DNA of 64,000 nucleotides from a virus, in the IMG/VR virus record IMGVR_UViG_3300027896_005002, positions 251,488 to 315,487 of that record; one strand, given 5' to 3'. Position 1 is the first letter of the stretch; the number at the start of each line of letters is the position of its first letter. Shown here in pieces: positions 18,515 through 28,934 of the stretch. The notes under the pieces were generated by a model. The model did no database searches and was not told where the DNA came from. It was given only the letters and a program-made list of their open reading frames with translations. A program made the translations under genes and the position numbers.

Positions 18515-20109
18515 CCAGGCAAAATTTTTCTATGTTTCCTGATAAAACCTCTAGCACCACTATCAAAAATATATGCAGTTCCCCAGTCTTGTTCTGATCT
18601 AAATATTCGTCCATAACTTTGTACTAATGTCAAGCAAGTTTGCCATATATACCACTCAGGATCCACGACCATTCTTCTAGCAACTTGTTTATCACCAATA
18701 TACAAATAAGGAATTTTAACTATTATTTCCCATCGTGCAAGATCATCTTTTAAGTCAACGCCTTCAGTCATTGATGGAGATACTAATACTAATGGTTCTT
18801 TTGACGTCAAAAATTTTTGTAATGAACTTTCTCTCGTTGTTGACGTATGAAATAATAACCTATTGTTTCCACAATTATTTTCTAAATAATTTGAAATTTT
18901 ATAGGAATTACAATGTATTAAACCCTTTTCTGTTTTATGAAAATTAAGAGCTTTATTTACATCAACAGCAATGTTATCTAAAGTTTTGTCAATATTTGCA
19001 AGATTCATATAACCAGTATCTGTAAAATATATTCTTCTATTCTTTGCTGGAAATGTTGAAGGTACTTGTATGAAAATAGCATTATCAGCATTTAAACCAA
19101 GACTCTTACAAAAACTATTTTTATCAAGAATTGTAGCAGATAGATAAACTCGTTGATTGCCAAAACTAAGTAAAGATTCTTCAGCAAATAAATCGACTGT
19201 TAATGGTTTGAATACAACTTTTTTCATTTTTAATTTTTCAGTTTTTTCAATAGTAAAGATCCATTCAACTGTTGCAAGCGTCCTCAAAAATAAATTCATT
19301 CGACGTACAAGTCTATCAAGGTCTTCAACTTGTGATATCAATTCGGTAGCTTCACCAGATAGTTTAAGAAATTCTTTTGATATTCGATTTAAATCTGATC
19401 TTTGACGATTTAATGAATTTAATTCATCTGATTTTGATGCAAGTAATTTTGCTAATTCATTTATATTTTGTTCGATCCAAAGTTTATATTCATCCAATGT
19501 TTCATAATTTGGTATTTCCACAGGATAACCAACTCGTTTAAATAAAAATTCTGATAGTAAGAATTCTGTTTGACCCATCAATTCTGACTCAATACAGTGA
19601 CATTCGTCGCAAATTAATAAGTTTCTCGGTTTAAAGAGATTACTTGGATCACATTCAATCACATTTAAAAAATATGAATAATTCATTAAAGCAATTGCTG
19701 ATCGAGCTGCTCTTTGTTTTGCATTTTGATATAAACATGTTCCGCTTTTATAACAATTTTTTCTTGCAGCCTCATAACATTCATTACACATTGCTGGTGA
19801 TCCTAAGAAAGTACATTCATAATTTCCTCTACCTTTCATAACAGCAATTTGTGTACCTTCTTCAAAATCTCTAGAATATTGATCTTGTAAGATTTTTTGT
19901 GATGTTAAACAATATGCTTGGTCTGACCAAAGACCAGCAGCGATTGCTACAGGTGATTTTCCAGAACCTGTTGGCATTTCAACAATAATATCTTTTACAC
20001 CATTTAATAAATGTGTCTGAATGGCTTCAGTGACTTCGCGCTGATGTTTACGATATGATGGTCTGGGGAAAAAATCTGTTATTTGTTTATTATCAAACCT
20101 GGGATTCAT
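18487..20109 (-). CDS. SF2 DNA helicase of the DinG/XPD (Rad3) family with Fe-S cluster domain
   Basis: Motif I EMPTGSGKS, motif II LICDECHCIE. Four Cys (YECTFLGSPAMCNECYEAARKNCYKSGTC) lie between motifs I and II, as in the XPD/DinG 4Fe-4S domain. Confidence 0.7.
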   Translation of the reverse strand: MNPRFDNKQITDFFPRPSYRKHQREVTEAIQTHLLNGVKDIIVEMPTGSGKSPVAIAAGLWSDQAYCLTSQKILQDQYSRDFEEGTQIAVMKGRGNYECTFLGSPAMCNECYEAARKNCYKSGTCLYQNAKQRAARSAIALMNYSYFLNVIECDPSNLFKPRNLLICDECHCIESELMGQTEFLLSEFLFKRVGYPVEIPNYETLDEYKLWIEQNINELAKLLASKSDELNSLNRQRSDLNRISKEFLKLSGEATELISQVEDLDRLVRRMNLFLRTLATVEWIFTIEKTEKLKMKKVVFKPLTVDLFAEESLLSFGNQRVYLSATILDKNSFCKSLGLNADNAIFIQVPSTFPAKNRRIYFTDTGYMNLANIDKTLDNIAVDVNKALNFHKTEKGLIHCNSYKISNYLENNCGNNRLLFHTSTTRESSLQKFLTSKEPLVLVSPSMTEGVDLKDDLARWEIIVKIPYLYIGDKQVARRMVVDPEWYIWQTCLTLVQSYGRIFRSEQDWGTAYIFDSGARGFIRKHRKILPGWFLEACMF

Positions 20110-21269
20110 TCATTTATAATTTTCTCAAATTTGTTCACAACATTCTTAATATCAAAAGGTTCTAATTCTTCAATTTGTACATCAAGAATAAGTTGTCTTT
20201 TTTTAACACTGGCATTTTTTAGATATTCAATTCTTTCTACTAAATCATATGCATCAGTAATTATATTTTCAGGACAAATAAACTGTTCAATTCCTTTTTG
20301 CTCTGCTAATCCAATAGCAATTACACCGTTTGCTGCAGTTTCATGTATTCTTTGAGTAATATGACCATGTTCAGCATAATTTTTCTTACATAATAAAACT
20401 GACGTCAAACATCTATTATAGATTAAATTCATATCTTTTGGTAAAATACGATCAGCAAAACAAATAAAAGGAAAATTCACTATATTTCTTTTAGCTATTT
20501 TGGAATATTTCATCCAATTACCGACAAATATTACTTTTTCTGGATATTCTGCAGCAAATGGATTAATATATTTGTAAACTTGGTCGTCTCTTTCATATTG
20601 TGAACCAATATATCCGATAAGATAATCAAGTCTTTCATTAACTTTAGTACCTTTAATTTTTTCCAAATCACATGGAAATAATAATGTCTGTCTAGTAATT
20701 ACATTTTTTATTGGATAAAGAGCTGGTGATAAAATTTTTATATCACTTATAAGATCGCAATTAAAATTAATTACATTACTATCATATTTTAATGTTTTAC
20801 AAGAAAATTGTGATCTTTTATTTAGTAATAATAATTCATCATCAGATGTCATTTTTTCATCTTTATCCCAAATTATTATTTTAGTCGGTGTATTTAAATA
20901 GTGACATAATAATTCTTGTTGTCTATCTAAATCAGGTGTATAGTTTTTGTCTGATTTGTCAACATTACAATTTCGGCCTTCAATTGGCCATCGCCATTCT
21001 AAAAATAAAATATCAACATTTGGAAATTTGTCATCATATTTGATTAAGCATAGAGTTTGTTGCTGTAAATGTTCATAAGTGCCTTGGGTATTAAACCCAA
21101 AAAGTGGTTCATTATTGTGATCAATATCTCTATTTTTTTGAACCCAAATAACCTCATGACCTCTTTTAATAAGATGTTCAATAAATAAAGCTCTTGTTAG
21201 TCTTCCTCCATCTGGAGAATCCAATAATCCATCACCAATAAAGCCCCAAGCTGAATAAGCTATTTTCAT
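20106..21269 (-). CDS. T4 beta-glucosyltransferase-like protein (putative hydroxymethyl-base glycosyltransferase)
   Basis: N-terminus MKIAYSAWG resembles T4 BGT MKIAIINMG. IGYIGSQYERDD matches VIYGGSFRSGQRE, and NYAEHGHITQRIHETAANGVIAIG matches NYNDNFITLRVWETMASDAVMLID in T4 BGT as recalled. Confidence 0.5.
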   Translation of the reverse strand: MKIAYSAWGFIGDGLLDSPDGGRLTRALFIEHLIKRGHEVIWVQKNRDIDHNNEPLFGFNTQGTYEHLQQQTLCLIKYDDKFPNVDILFLEWRWPIEGRNCNVDKSDKNYTPDLDRQQELLCHYLNTPTKIIIWDKDEKMTSDDELLLLNKRSQFSCKTLKYDSNVINFNCDLISDIKILSPALYPIKNVITRQTLLFPCDLEKIKGTKVNERLDYLIGYIGSQYERDDQVYKYINPFAAEYPEKVIFVGNWMKYSKIAKRNIVNFPFICFADRILPKDMNLIYNRCLTSVLLCKKNYAEHGHITQRIHETAANGVIAIGLAEQKGIEQFICPENIITDAYDLVERIEYLKNASVKKRQLILDVQIEELEPFDIKNVVNKFEKIINE

Positions 21270-21301
21270 AGTATTATAATCATGTTAGAAATCATTGATT
21301 T

Positions 21302-21766
21302 TTAATAATCTGAACTTTGAATTCGTCGTAGATTTTTGTCATTTTTATTTAGACATGAATCCATAAAAACGGGAGCAGTAATGTTCCATGCTATAGCCAG
21401 ATTTATTACAAAATGTTGTATGTCAGCAATTTCATCTCTTATATTTTCAATAATTACTGGATGACGAACTTTTTTGTGTGATTTGAAATTTGTTTCACGT
21501 AATAATTCGTGAACCTCTTCTAAAAGATATAAGCATGTATCTTTTGTATATCTTTCTCTTTCTTCAATAGATATATCTTTGAAATCATATCCTAAGATTT
21601 TTTGTATTTTTATTTGTCTATCAAAAAATTCATCAATAAAAGCTTTTTCAGTATAAACGTATTTATAAATTTTATTTCTTCTTGAAAGTATTGTTTGTAA
21701 TATCATTCCAATAAATATTCCGACACATATACAGCCAAAAATGATGTAATACATAAAAAATTCCAT
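21302..21766 (-). CDS. MazG-like nucleoside triphosphate pyrophosphohydrolase (candidate dCTPase), with N-terminal hydrophobic segment
   Basis: LLEEVHELLRE ... ENIRDEIADIQHFVINLA follows the MazG/all-alpha NTP-PPase EExxE...EExxD pattern. Confidence 0.45.
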   Translation of the reverse strand: MEFFMYYIIFGCICVGIFIGMILQTILSRRNKIYKYVYTEKAFIDEFFDRQIKIQKILGYDFKDISIEERERYTKDTCLYLLEEVHELLRETNFKSHKKVRHPVIIENIRDEIADIQHFVINLAIAWNITAPVFMDSCLNKNDKNLRRIQSSDY

Positions 21767-21767
21767 A

Positions 21768-22286
21768 TTAAGCCACCTTAATATCTTCTAACCTTATTGT
21801 AGTATAAATCGCACGATTGAAAATTTGTATTTCAACTTTGAGATTATTTACATCCGGGATATCAACAATTCTACCAGAAAGACCTTTACAATGACCATTT
21901 AGAATTTCAACAACATCACCAATTTTATATTGAAATGAGCATCTTATTTTGTTATCACCAGCAAATACTTTTATAATATCAATTTCTTGATTACGCAATG
22001 TTGAAGGTTTATCATCTACTCCTAAAAATTTGATAACATAATTTATTTCATAAATCGAGGCTTTAACGTTTGTATTTATTAAGTTTGTATTAATGAAGAG
22101 ATAACTTGGATAGACAGGAATGTTACGAATTATTTTTCTTTTTCGAACTTCTGTTACTTCTTTTATGGTGGGTAATAAAACCTCAGTAATTTTTCCATCT
22201 AAATCAGGTGAATTTAGAATACGGTCTTTTACATAAAATTCTTTTTCTTGAACAACAAATAATACATACCATTTGTTAATTGTCAT
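21768..22286 (-). CDS. NusG-like transcription antitermination factor (NGN plus KOW)
   Basis: N-terminal WYVLFVVQEKEF (NGN signature WYVxxxxxGxE) and KOW-like GDVVEILNGHCKGLSGRIVDI. Confidence 0.65.
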   Translation of the reverse strand: MTINKWYVLFVVQEKEFYVKDRILNSPDLDGKITEVLLPTIKEVTEVRKRKIIRNIPVYPSYLFINTNLINTNVKASIYEINYVIKFLGVDDKPSTLRNQEIDIIKVFAGDNKIRCSFQYKIGDVVEILNGHCKGLSGRIVDIPDVNNLKVEIQIFNRAIYTTIRLEDIKVA

Positions 22287-22314
22287 GAATAAATTATAAC
22301 ATAGTTCTCGAGAA

Positions 22315-23076
22315 TTATTTACAATTTATTTTAAATTCTTCTGAAATTTCTTGTCGAATCTTTTTTATTGTGCGAGCGATTCGGCGTTTTTTGATAGATG
22401 AAATTGTAGGTTCTGACTTATCATATTTTTCTGCTAGATCTTTTCCAGATAGTAATCCTTGAATGTCACCTTTAATAAAAATATCGTATTCCATATCAGA
22501 CATATATTTTTTACATTTTTGTAAAATTGATTCAATAATTAATTCATCATTAGCATTAATATCTTCTTCTGGTTCTGATATTATATCACCAAGAACAATT
22601 GATTTTTCATCATATTTATTTATAGGTGATTGCAAACTATCAGTAAAAACTCTTGGACTTAATTTTAATTTTTTTAATTTTTTTTCACCATCAACAACAT
22701 CAACTTCAACTTCAATCTCAACAGTTCGTTTTTTCTTTCTTAATTCTTTAATTACTCTATTAATTGTCTTTTTCAAAGCTGAATACATATAAGTTGAAAA
22801 TTTAGTGTTCTTGTCATGATCAAATGTTACTGCAACAGCTTTATAAAAACAACATAAACATCTTTGATATAAATCATCGTTATTATAAACATCAAATGTG
22901 TTTCTAGACTTCATTAACCGCCAACTAACATATTTCTTAATAACAAATTCCCAACAATCGCGGTCTCCTCGCTTTCTTGTTAGTAATTTTTTAAATAACT
23001 TCGTTTTTTGCGATGAACTTTTACAACTTCGATAATCCAATATGATTTCTTCATCTGTTTTAATTAAATCATTCAT
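22315..23076 (-). CDS. Sigma-70 family RNA polymerase sigma factor
   Basis: Region-2-like FSTYMYSALKKTINRVI and a C-terminal region-4 HTH (GKDLAEKYDKSEPTISSIKKRRIARTIKKIR). Confidence 0.55.
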   Translation of the reverse strand: MNDLIKTDEEIILDYRSCKSSSQKTKLFKKLLTRKRGDRDCWEFVIKKYVSWRLMKSRNTFDVYNNDDLYQRCLCCFYKAVAVTFDHDKNTKFSTYMYSALKKTINRVIKELRKKKRTVEIEVEVDVVDGEKKLKKLKLSPRVFTDSLQSPINKYDEKSIVLGDIISEPEEDINANDELIIESILQKCKKYMSDMEYDIFIKGDIQGLLSGKDLAEKYDKSEPTISSIKKRRIARTIKKIRQEISEEFKINCK

Positions 23077-23165
23077 TGCATTATCTCCATATTTTTAAGA
23101 ATACGATAAATTAATATATAATACTTACATAATTTTGTACATATATATTTTTTCTACTTAAAATA

Positions 23166-24287
23166 TTAGTATTTTGTTGCCTGATTGAAATATTGTCTGA
23201 ACTCTTCTTCATCACATTCATCGGGATCTTTATTTGGCGGCAAGAGTATATTATACGCTTCAACTTCACCATTAAAACTTTTAAGTATTTTTTCAGCTGC
23301 AATCTGACCTGCATTATCTTTTCCTTCAATAACATCATTGTCAAGCGCTGTATAAATTTTATCAAACCTTGATAGCAATAGTGTTTTCTTATGCTGACTC
23401 AACTTAGTACCTAAAAGAGCAACTACATTATAACCTAACATATGTAATCTCATCGCATCAAAAACACCTTCAACCAATATTACATAATTTGATTGTTTAA
23501 TTGCATTATCATAATTAAATAATAAAAATTTTGTATATGAACCATAAATAATATTTTTCTTTTCTTCACCAGGTTCTAAAACTGGCGGATAAATTATCTT
23601 CTTACATTCATATTTGTCTCTAAGTTCAATTAAATCAACTGTTGTTATTCTATCCTTCTTTGCTTGTGTTAATATTTTTAACCATTTTGCAGATCTACCT
23701 GACATATCCCTAGCGGCAAATGAATAAACTTTAGAGTACATTGTTATTGGTATTATAAGTCTATCCTTATAATAGCCACTTATTGCATATTTTAAACCCC
23801 AAAAATCAATCATTCGCTTACTAACACGTTTTTTTACTTTTAGAAAATGATCAAATGCTGGTTCAAATTCAGGATAGGAATTTAAATTAATTTCTGTATA
23901 CTGAGGTTTTTCATCAGCACTATCAACATCTTCACGTAATTCATTAGCTTCATCTAATAATAAATCTATTTCATTAGTTTGTGAATTATATCCTACTTGC
24001 TTTTTTATAAACTCAACAGCTGCACTAAATGATGGCAAATTCTCTAATTCTTTTACTAAATTAAATATTGTTTTTCCACCACAAACAAAACAGTTGTATA
24101 AACCTTTTTTAACATTGAAACTTGCTGAGGGTGATGAGTCTTTATGTCCAGGAAGTATGCAGCAAAAATTTAATTCATCACCATGTGATGCTACCATCCT
24201 TGCGTGGTAATGATCCAGGAACTTTAAAATATCAACCTTTTTGTAGATTGCTGACAGTTCTTTCTTGCTGTAGAACTTTTTATCCAT
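23166..24287 (-). CDS. dnaG: DNA primase (DnaG-like: zinc-binding domain plus Toprim)
   Basis: Zinc ribbon CCILPGHKDSSPSASFNVKKGLYNCFVCGG (CxxH...CxxC) and Toprim ILVEGVFDAMRL...LDNDVIEGKDNAG. Confidence 0.8.
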   Translation of the reverse strand: MDKKFYSKKELSAIYKKVDILKFLDHYHARMVASHGDELNFCCILPGHKDSSPSASFNVKKGLYNCFVCGGKTIFNLVKELENLPSFSAAVEFIKKQVGYNSQTNEIDLLLDEANELREDVDSADEKPQYTEINLNSYPEFEPAFDHFLKVKKRVSKRMIDFWGLKYAISGYYKDRLIIPITMYSKVYSFAARDMSGRSAKWLKILTQAKKDRITTVDLIELRDKYECKKIIYPPVLEPGEEKKNIIYGSYTKFLLFNYDNAIKQSNYVILVEGVFDAMRLHMLGYNVVALLGTKLSQHKKTLLLSRFDKIYTALDNDVIEGKDNAGQIAAEKILKSFNGEVEAYNILLPPNKDPDECDEEEFRQYFNQATKY

Positions 24288-24591
24288 TATACTATAAAAA
24301 TTTTTATACCACTAATAAAAATTTTTATCCTATTTTCGGATAGTCAAACAATAAATCCAAGATCTAAAATTATTTTTTAGAAATATTGTAGATTATCGGC
24401 AGCACTTAAATTGAGTTCAAATACAATCATTGTCTGGTGGTGCAATGTTCTTTAATGACTTAATGATTTTTAAAACAGCAAAAACTGTAAATGAAATTGC
24501 AAGAATAATAGCTGCGATAATTCCAATTTTCTTTTTCATAATTCTCCCTTAATGTATAATCTTATATATCATTTCATTTACAGTTTTTACA

Positions 24592-25770
24592 TTAATATGA
24601 TTTAAATCTATTTGTTTGTCCACCAACATCAATGTCATCCATTACAACAAATATACAAAGACCAATAGTCAATACTAATGTTATAAAAAATGTTATTATA
24701 ATTGCCGCAAATGTCGGTTCTACTGTCAAATAATCAAAATCATGAAAACTTTTCTTAACAAAGTTTTTCTTAACATCGTCTTGCATATACTCAACTACAT
24801 TGTTAAGATTCAATGTATCCATATCTTTAACTTTTCTAGCAACCCTAACTTTGAGTTGCTCCTTATCAGTCCAAGAAATTACTCTTGTCCATGTGATTTT
24901 CTTACCTTGTGTACCAATACACAAGATAAACTCATTCTTATTTCCACCTTTCCAATAGGCTTCTTGTTTGTTAGCTGCCTCACGTGGTTGATTGTTAAAT
25001 ACTAAAATCATCATATGAACCTTTTTAGTTGCCCCATATAATGCATTATACTTTTGAAGTTTAATACCAGCACTATCACTTTTATTAATTCCAAGAATAG
25101 GATAATAAGTCATTATATCATGCGTTTTTAAACTAACAAAACTATTAGGATAATCTGTAAATTTTGGATAATCAAATAATTTGAATGTTGCTTTTTCTAA
25201 TGAATCAATATCTTCAAAATTGAATACAGATTTTGCACACTTTACCCTATTTTGATAAATGTGTGTTTTACAGACTGCATATATATGCTGAAATGAAGTA
25301 TCAAGCATAGAAGTATATGCATTACCATTTTGCGTATAATAATGTCGATGCATGTTTACAAATGTTCTTTTTCCCCATGTTTTGCAAACATCCTCAAAAT
25401 AATTTTGAGTAACATAAAAACGTTCTCCAATATTATCATACACATACCACATCGGCGGATGATAAACTCTGTGTGAACAATCATAAGATTCTGTCGTTGT
25501 ACAATTTTTCCCACAACTGACCGTCCTATAACAAGTTTCACGATGCCATTCATCCCAGTCTTCTTCATAAGCTGCTTTGACCAAATAACTGTTCCATATT
25601 TCTTTAGTATTTAGTTGACTTTCAACAGAAGCTACTTTTCCTATAATAACTGCAATACAAGGAATACCAAAAACCAAAATATATTCCCATATTACAACTT
25701 TTTTGGTAAAGAATATTGCAAGTATTAAAACTGCTGCAAGTGGAATTAATAAAATTAACCATATTAACAT
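24592..25770 (-). CDS. Membrane protein with N- and C-terminal transmembrane segments
   Basis: 392 aa with hydrophobic helices at both ends and a Cys-rich soluble middle. Confidence 0.35.
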   Translation of the reverse strand: MLIWLILLIPLAAVLILAIFFTKKVVIWEYILVFGIPCIAVIIGKVASVESQLNTKEIWNSYLVKAAYEEDWDEWHRETCYRTVSCGKNCTTTESYDCSHRVYHPPMWYVYDNIGERFYVTQNYFEDVCKTWGKRTFVNMHRHYYTQNGNAYTSMLDTSFQHIYAVCKTHIYQNRVKCAKSVFNFEDIDSLEKATFKLFDYPKFTDYPNSFVSLKTHDIMTYYPILGINKSDSAGIKLQKYNALYGATKKVHMMILVFNNQPREAANKQEAYWKGGNKNEFILCIGTQGKKITWTRVISWTDKEQLKVRVARKVKDMDTLNLNNVVEYMQDDVKKNFVKKSFHDFDYLTVEPTFAAIIITFFITLVLTIGLCIFVVMDDIDVGGQTNRFKSY

Positions 25771-25846
25771 ATTAACCTCCTATTAAAAAACAATGGGACA
25801 TTGACCTTATATCAATGTCCCATTTTAGTATACATTTTTACCAGCT

Positions 25847-26404
25847 TTACTTCTTGCCAAGACCAAGATTAACATTATCATCTTTACCTTTTACATATAC
25901 ATCTTCAGTATGAGAAGATGTAATGATCTTGATCTCCAATGGTTTTTTACCGGCTAAAAACATATTCCAGGGTGCCGTAACCAGCATATTGTCATGTTGA
26001 AGTTTGACATCGGTTAATCGTTTTTGCGCCGTTAAAAATTCTGCACGATTAGACTCAATAGCATCCATAACGTCCTTGTATAACTCCGTAGCCATTGCAA
26101 TATTATGTTCATGGATGAATTTGAATATTGGTGATCCATTTGCTTCACCTTGATAACGTGCAGTCATTTCACCAAGCACAACTGTTTTGAAATCTTCCCT
26201 ATAAGCACCAAGTACTTGTACCTTTTGATCAAGAACTTTCCACGTTTTATCAAATACCTGTTTGCAGACACTTTGTTGCGCATCTCCTAAGTTGCGCAGT
26301 TTTGCTTCATTATTTACGGTAGCGAAATAAATCGCAATTAAAATGAATCCAAAGACCACGATCACGATCCCTGCCACCAAACCAATAATTTTGTTTTTGG
26401 ACAT
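25847..26404 (-). CDS. LemA-family membrane protein
   Basis: N-terminal TM (IIGLVAGIVIVVFGFILIAIYF) followed by the LemA-like layout, including the C-terminal APWNMFLAGKKP (LemA FPxNxxA..FG). Confidence 0.5.
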   Translation of the reverse strand: MSKNKIIGLVAGIVIVVFGFILIAIYFATVNNEAKLRNLGDAQQSVCKQVFDKTWKVLDQKVQVLGAYREDFKTVVLGEMTARYQGEANGSPIFKFIHEHNIAMATELYKDVMDAIESNRAEFLTAQKRLTDVKLQHDNMLVTAPWNMFLAGKKPLEIKIITSSHTEDVYVKGKDDNVNLGLGKK

Positions 26405-26434
26405 ACAAACACTCCTTTAAGTTAAATTGTGAAA

Positions 26435-26707
26435 CTATCTTTTCTTCTTTCTTTTCATACAAAAACCAAATTCTTTTTTCTTTCGAATCCATTTAATCCA
26501 GTTTTGAACTTTTTCATTTGCCAGTAATTTTTCTAAAGTATTAAATTGATGTGTTAATTCACTTATTGAAAATAATTCATGAATTTGATGAGCACAATCA
26601 ATACATACTGGAATTGTATCTTTTCCTTTTTTACAATGTGGCGTTAAATGATGTCGTTCTCTATAACAATCAGGAGTTTCTCGAGAACAAATTAAGCATT
26701 TAATCAT
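26435..26707 (-). CDS. HNH endonuclease
   Basis: CLICS...ERHHLTPH...G...PVCIDCAHQIH fits the HNH motif (CxxC...HHxxP...CxxCHxxxH). Confidence 0.55.
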   Translation of the reverse strand: MIKCLICSRETPDCYRERHHLTPHCKKGKDTIPVCIDCAHQIHELFSISELTHQFNTLEKLLANEKVQNWIKWIRKKKEFGFCMKRKKKR

Positions 26708-26711
26708 CTGT

Positions 26712-26841
26712 GTTATTCACCAAACATAACTTCACTATAGTAATCAGTTCCTTGACCTTTTTCATCTGCGGCTGGAAGTGTGTCTTCTATAAGTATGTCT
26801 TCTATAAGTATGTCTTTGGTATCATCATTATCTTCTTTCAT
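26712..26841 (-). CDS. Small acidic ORF with internal tandem repeat (DILIED x2), translationally coupled to the upstream gene
   Basis: Hand translation gives MKEDNDDTKDILIEDILIEDTLPAADEKGQGTDYYSEVMFGE. Its ATG overlaps the stop of ORF 26838..27095 (ATGA). Below the track size threshold. Confidence 0.3.
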
Positions 26842-27095
26842 TGAAAATGCTCCTTGCATAATGTAATAAATCGTTCAACTTGAGGCATCAATGATTTAAT
26901 TTCTTTTAGTTGACTTGACTGAATTGAAGCCGGAACTAAATTCGTTTGTCGTTGTTGTCGATGCCTTGTATGTGAAGAACAGTGACTTTTGACTTTTTGA
27001 TACATTCCAAGACTACAACATTGACGATCAAGTTTGATATGACCACACGTTTTACAATATTCACTTATTTCAGTTACTTTTGGCTTTTTACTCAA
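26838..27095 (-). CDS. Hypothetical Cys-rich protein
   Basis: 85 aa with CKTCG...CCSLG...HCSSH. Confidence 0.3.
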   Translation of the reverse strand: MSKKPKVTEISEYCKTCGHIKLDRQCCSLGMYQKVKSHCSSHTRHRQQRQTNLVPASIQSSQLKEIKSLMPQVERFITLCKEHFQ

Positions 27096-27269
27096 ACATG
27101 TGGGGGCAAGTTACTTTCTTCCAATGGTAAACCAATATTATGTTATTAGTATCATCAATTATCGTAGAATCATGAGCCATTACTGATGTTGTAGTTAATC
27201 CACAAACTGTATGATATTGCATATCAGAACGACGACAATTCCATTCAATTCGCTTATGAGTTATTATTG

Positions 27270-28934
27270 CTAATTGGTCCATAAATCTTCTTTCGTTAAC
27301 CAAGCCCTTTTTGCTATCCAAACACCAAAAGTTTGAACATAACTTAATTGATGTTTTTCATGAGCATCTGAACCAAATGAAATTTTCACACCTTTTTGCT
27401 GACACATTTTCAATATTGATTCATTGGCATCTAATCTATTCGGTTGACAATTTAATTCGACTGCTACATTATTGGCAGCACAAGCATCTAATACTTCACC
27501 AATATTCATTTCATGACCTGGTCTTTCGTTGATTAATCGACCAGTAATATGACCGATTATATCGACCTTGCCAGCTTGAATTACCGTTTTATATATTTCA
27601 GTTACATCTTTTGTTGTCGCTGAATGAATTGAACCAATGACTACATCGAGTTCGTCCAAAACATCATCTGGATAATCTAATGTGCCATCAGTTCTAATGT
27701 CGACTTCTGAACCTATTAAAATTTCAATATCGGAAAATTCTGTCCTCAATTGATGAATTTCTTTTATCTTTTGTTTTAATCTCTCAACACTTAATCCACT
27801 TGCAATTTTCAATGACTGAGAATGATCTGTAATTGCTATCTTTTTCAACCCAATCTTTCTGGCATATTCAACAATGTCTCGAATTGATGAAGTACCATCT
27901 GACCAAGTTGAATGAATATGATAGTCACAAACAATATCATCTTTTTCAATAATATCAATGTCATTACCTAACGCATATTTTTGAAATTCAATTGCTCCTT
28001 CTCGATGTTCCGGAGGAATCCATTCAAATCCTAATAATCGATAAATATCCTTTTCCGTTCCATTGTCCAATCGAGGACCAGTTCTTTCATCATTTTTATC
28101 CCGTTTATATAAACCATATTGAGAAAGAATCCAACCTTTTGCTATTGCAAATATCCTCATCTTTTTGTTATGTTCATCCGAACCAGTCAAATGCATGACA
28201 CCGGATTCAAAAACATCCTCATCAAAAGCATAGCAATCAATTTTTACACCATTTAACCAAACTGATGATTTTTTTTCACCAGAATCAATGACTTTTACTC
28301 CAGGCATATTTTCAAAATATCTTAAGGCTGCTTCTTTATCATCAGCCGTGATCGCAAAATCAACATCACCAACTGTTTCTTTTGACCTACGAAATGACCC
28401 ACAGAATTCAATCCGATTAACCTTAGGTTTCATATATTGAGCTATTAAGACAACATATTCAATAGCCTGATCCAACCTTATTCGTCCTCTAGTGGTCTCT
28501 AAATAAGCAATTCCTTTTTTAATTTTTTCAATGGTTTTGTTTTTAAAAATGTTGGCTATGGAATTGTCAACGATTGCAGCTTTTAAAGCAGCTATTGTAG
28601 AAATACCAAGTTCATGGTATATTTGAAGAGCAGTTTTTTCACCAATACCCTCAACCTTTAATAATTCATCAATTTTAACTGTTGATTGAAGGTACCTTTG
28701 ATTATCAATGATATATTGAATTTTACCGGTTTCAAGAAGCTCTTTTATATGCTGAGAAATTTTCGGTCCAATACCTTTAGTATTATCTAAATCTATACTT
28801 TCTATCCCAACATTTAAATGATCAACAAATGAAGCAGCAGATAGATAAGAACCAAATGAAAACTTGTTTGATCCGGTTGCTTTTTTTATTGTAGCTATAT
28901 CTCGTAAGGCATTTGCTACCAATTGATTTTCCAT
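27270..28934 (-). CDS. Family X DNA polymerase with C-terminal PHP phosphoesterase domain
   Basis: HhH GIGPKISQHI / GIGEKTALQI, nucleotidyltransferase motif CGSFRRSKETVGDVDFAI, then PHP DYHIHSTWSDG...ITDH. Confidence 0.8.
   Translation of the reverse strand: MENQLVANALRDIATIKKATGSNKFSFGSYLSAASFVDHLNVGIESIDLDNTKGIGPKISQHIKELLETGKIQYIIDNQRYLQSTVKIDELLKVEGIGEKTALQIYHELGISTIAALKAAIVDNSIANIFKNKTIEKIKKGIAYLETTRGRIRLDQAIEYVVLIAQYMKPKVNRIEFCGSFRRSKETVGDVDFAITADDKEAALRYFENMPGVKVIDSGEKKSSVWLNGVKIDCYAFDEDVFESGVMHLTGSDEHNKKMRIFAIAKGWILSQYGLYKRDKNDERTGPRLDNGTEKDIYRLLGFEWIPPEHREGAIEFQKYALGNDIDIIEKDDIVCDYHIHSTWSDGTSSIRDIVEYARKIGLKKIAITDHSQSLKIASGLSVERLKQKIKEIHQLRTEFSDIEILIGSEVDIRTDGTLDYPDDVLDELDVVIGSIHSATTKDVTEIYKTVIQAGKVDIIGHITGRLINERPGHEMNIGEVLDACAANNVAVELNCQPNRLDANESILKMCQQKGVKISFGSDAHEKHQLSYVQTFGVWIAKRAWLTKEDLWTN

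Noticed and set aside
23111-23365. 84-aa ORF overlapping the 3' end of the primase gene
   Set aside because: It lies antisense-frame within or adjacent to the primase ORF and the AT-rich intergenic region, with low-complexity translation; likely spurious.
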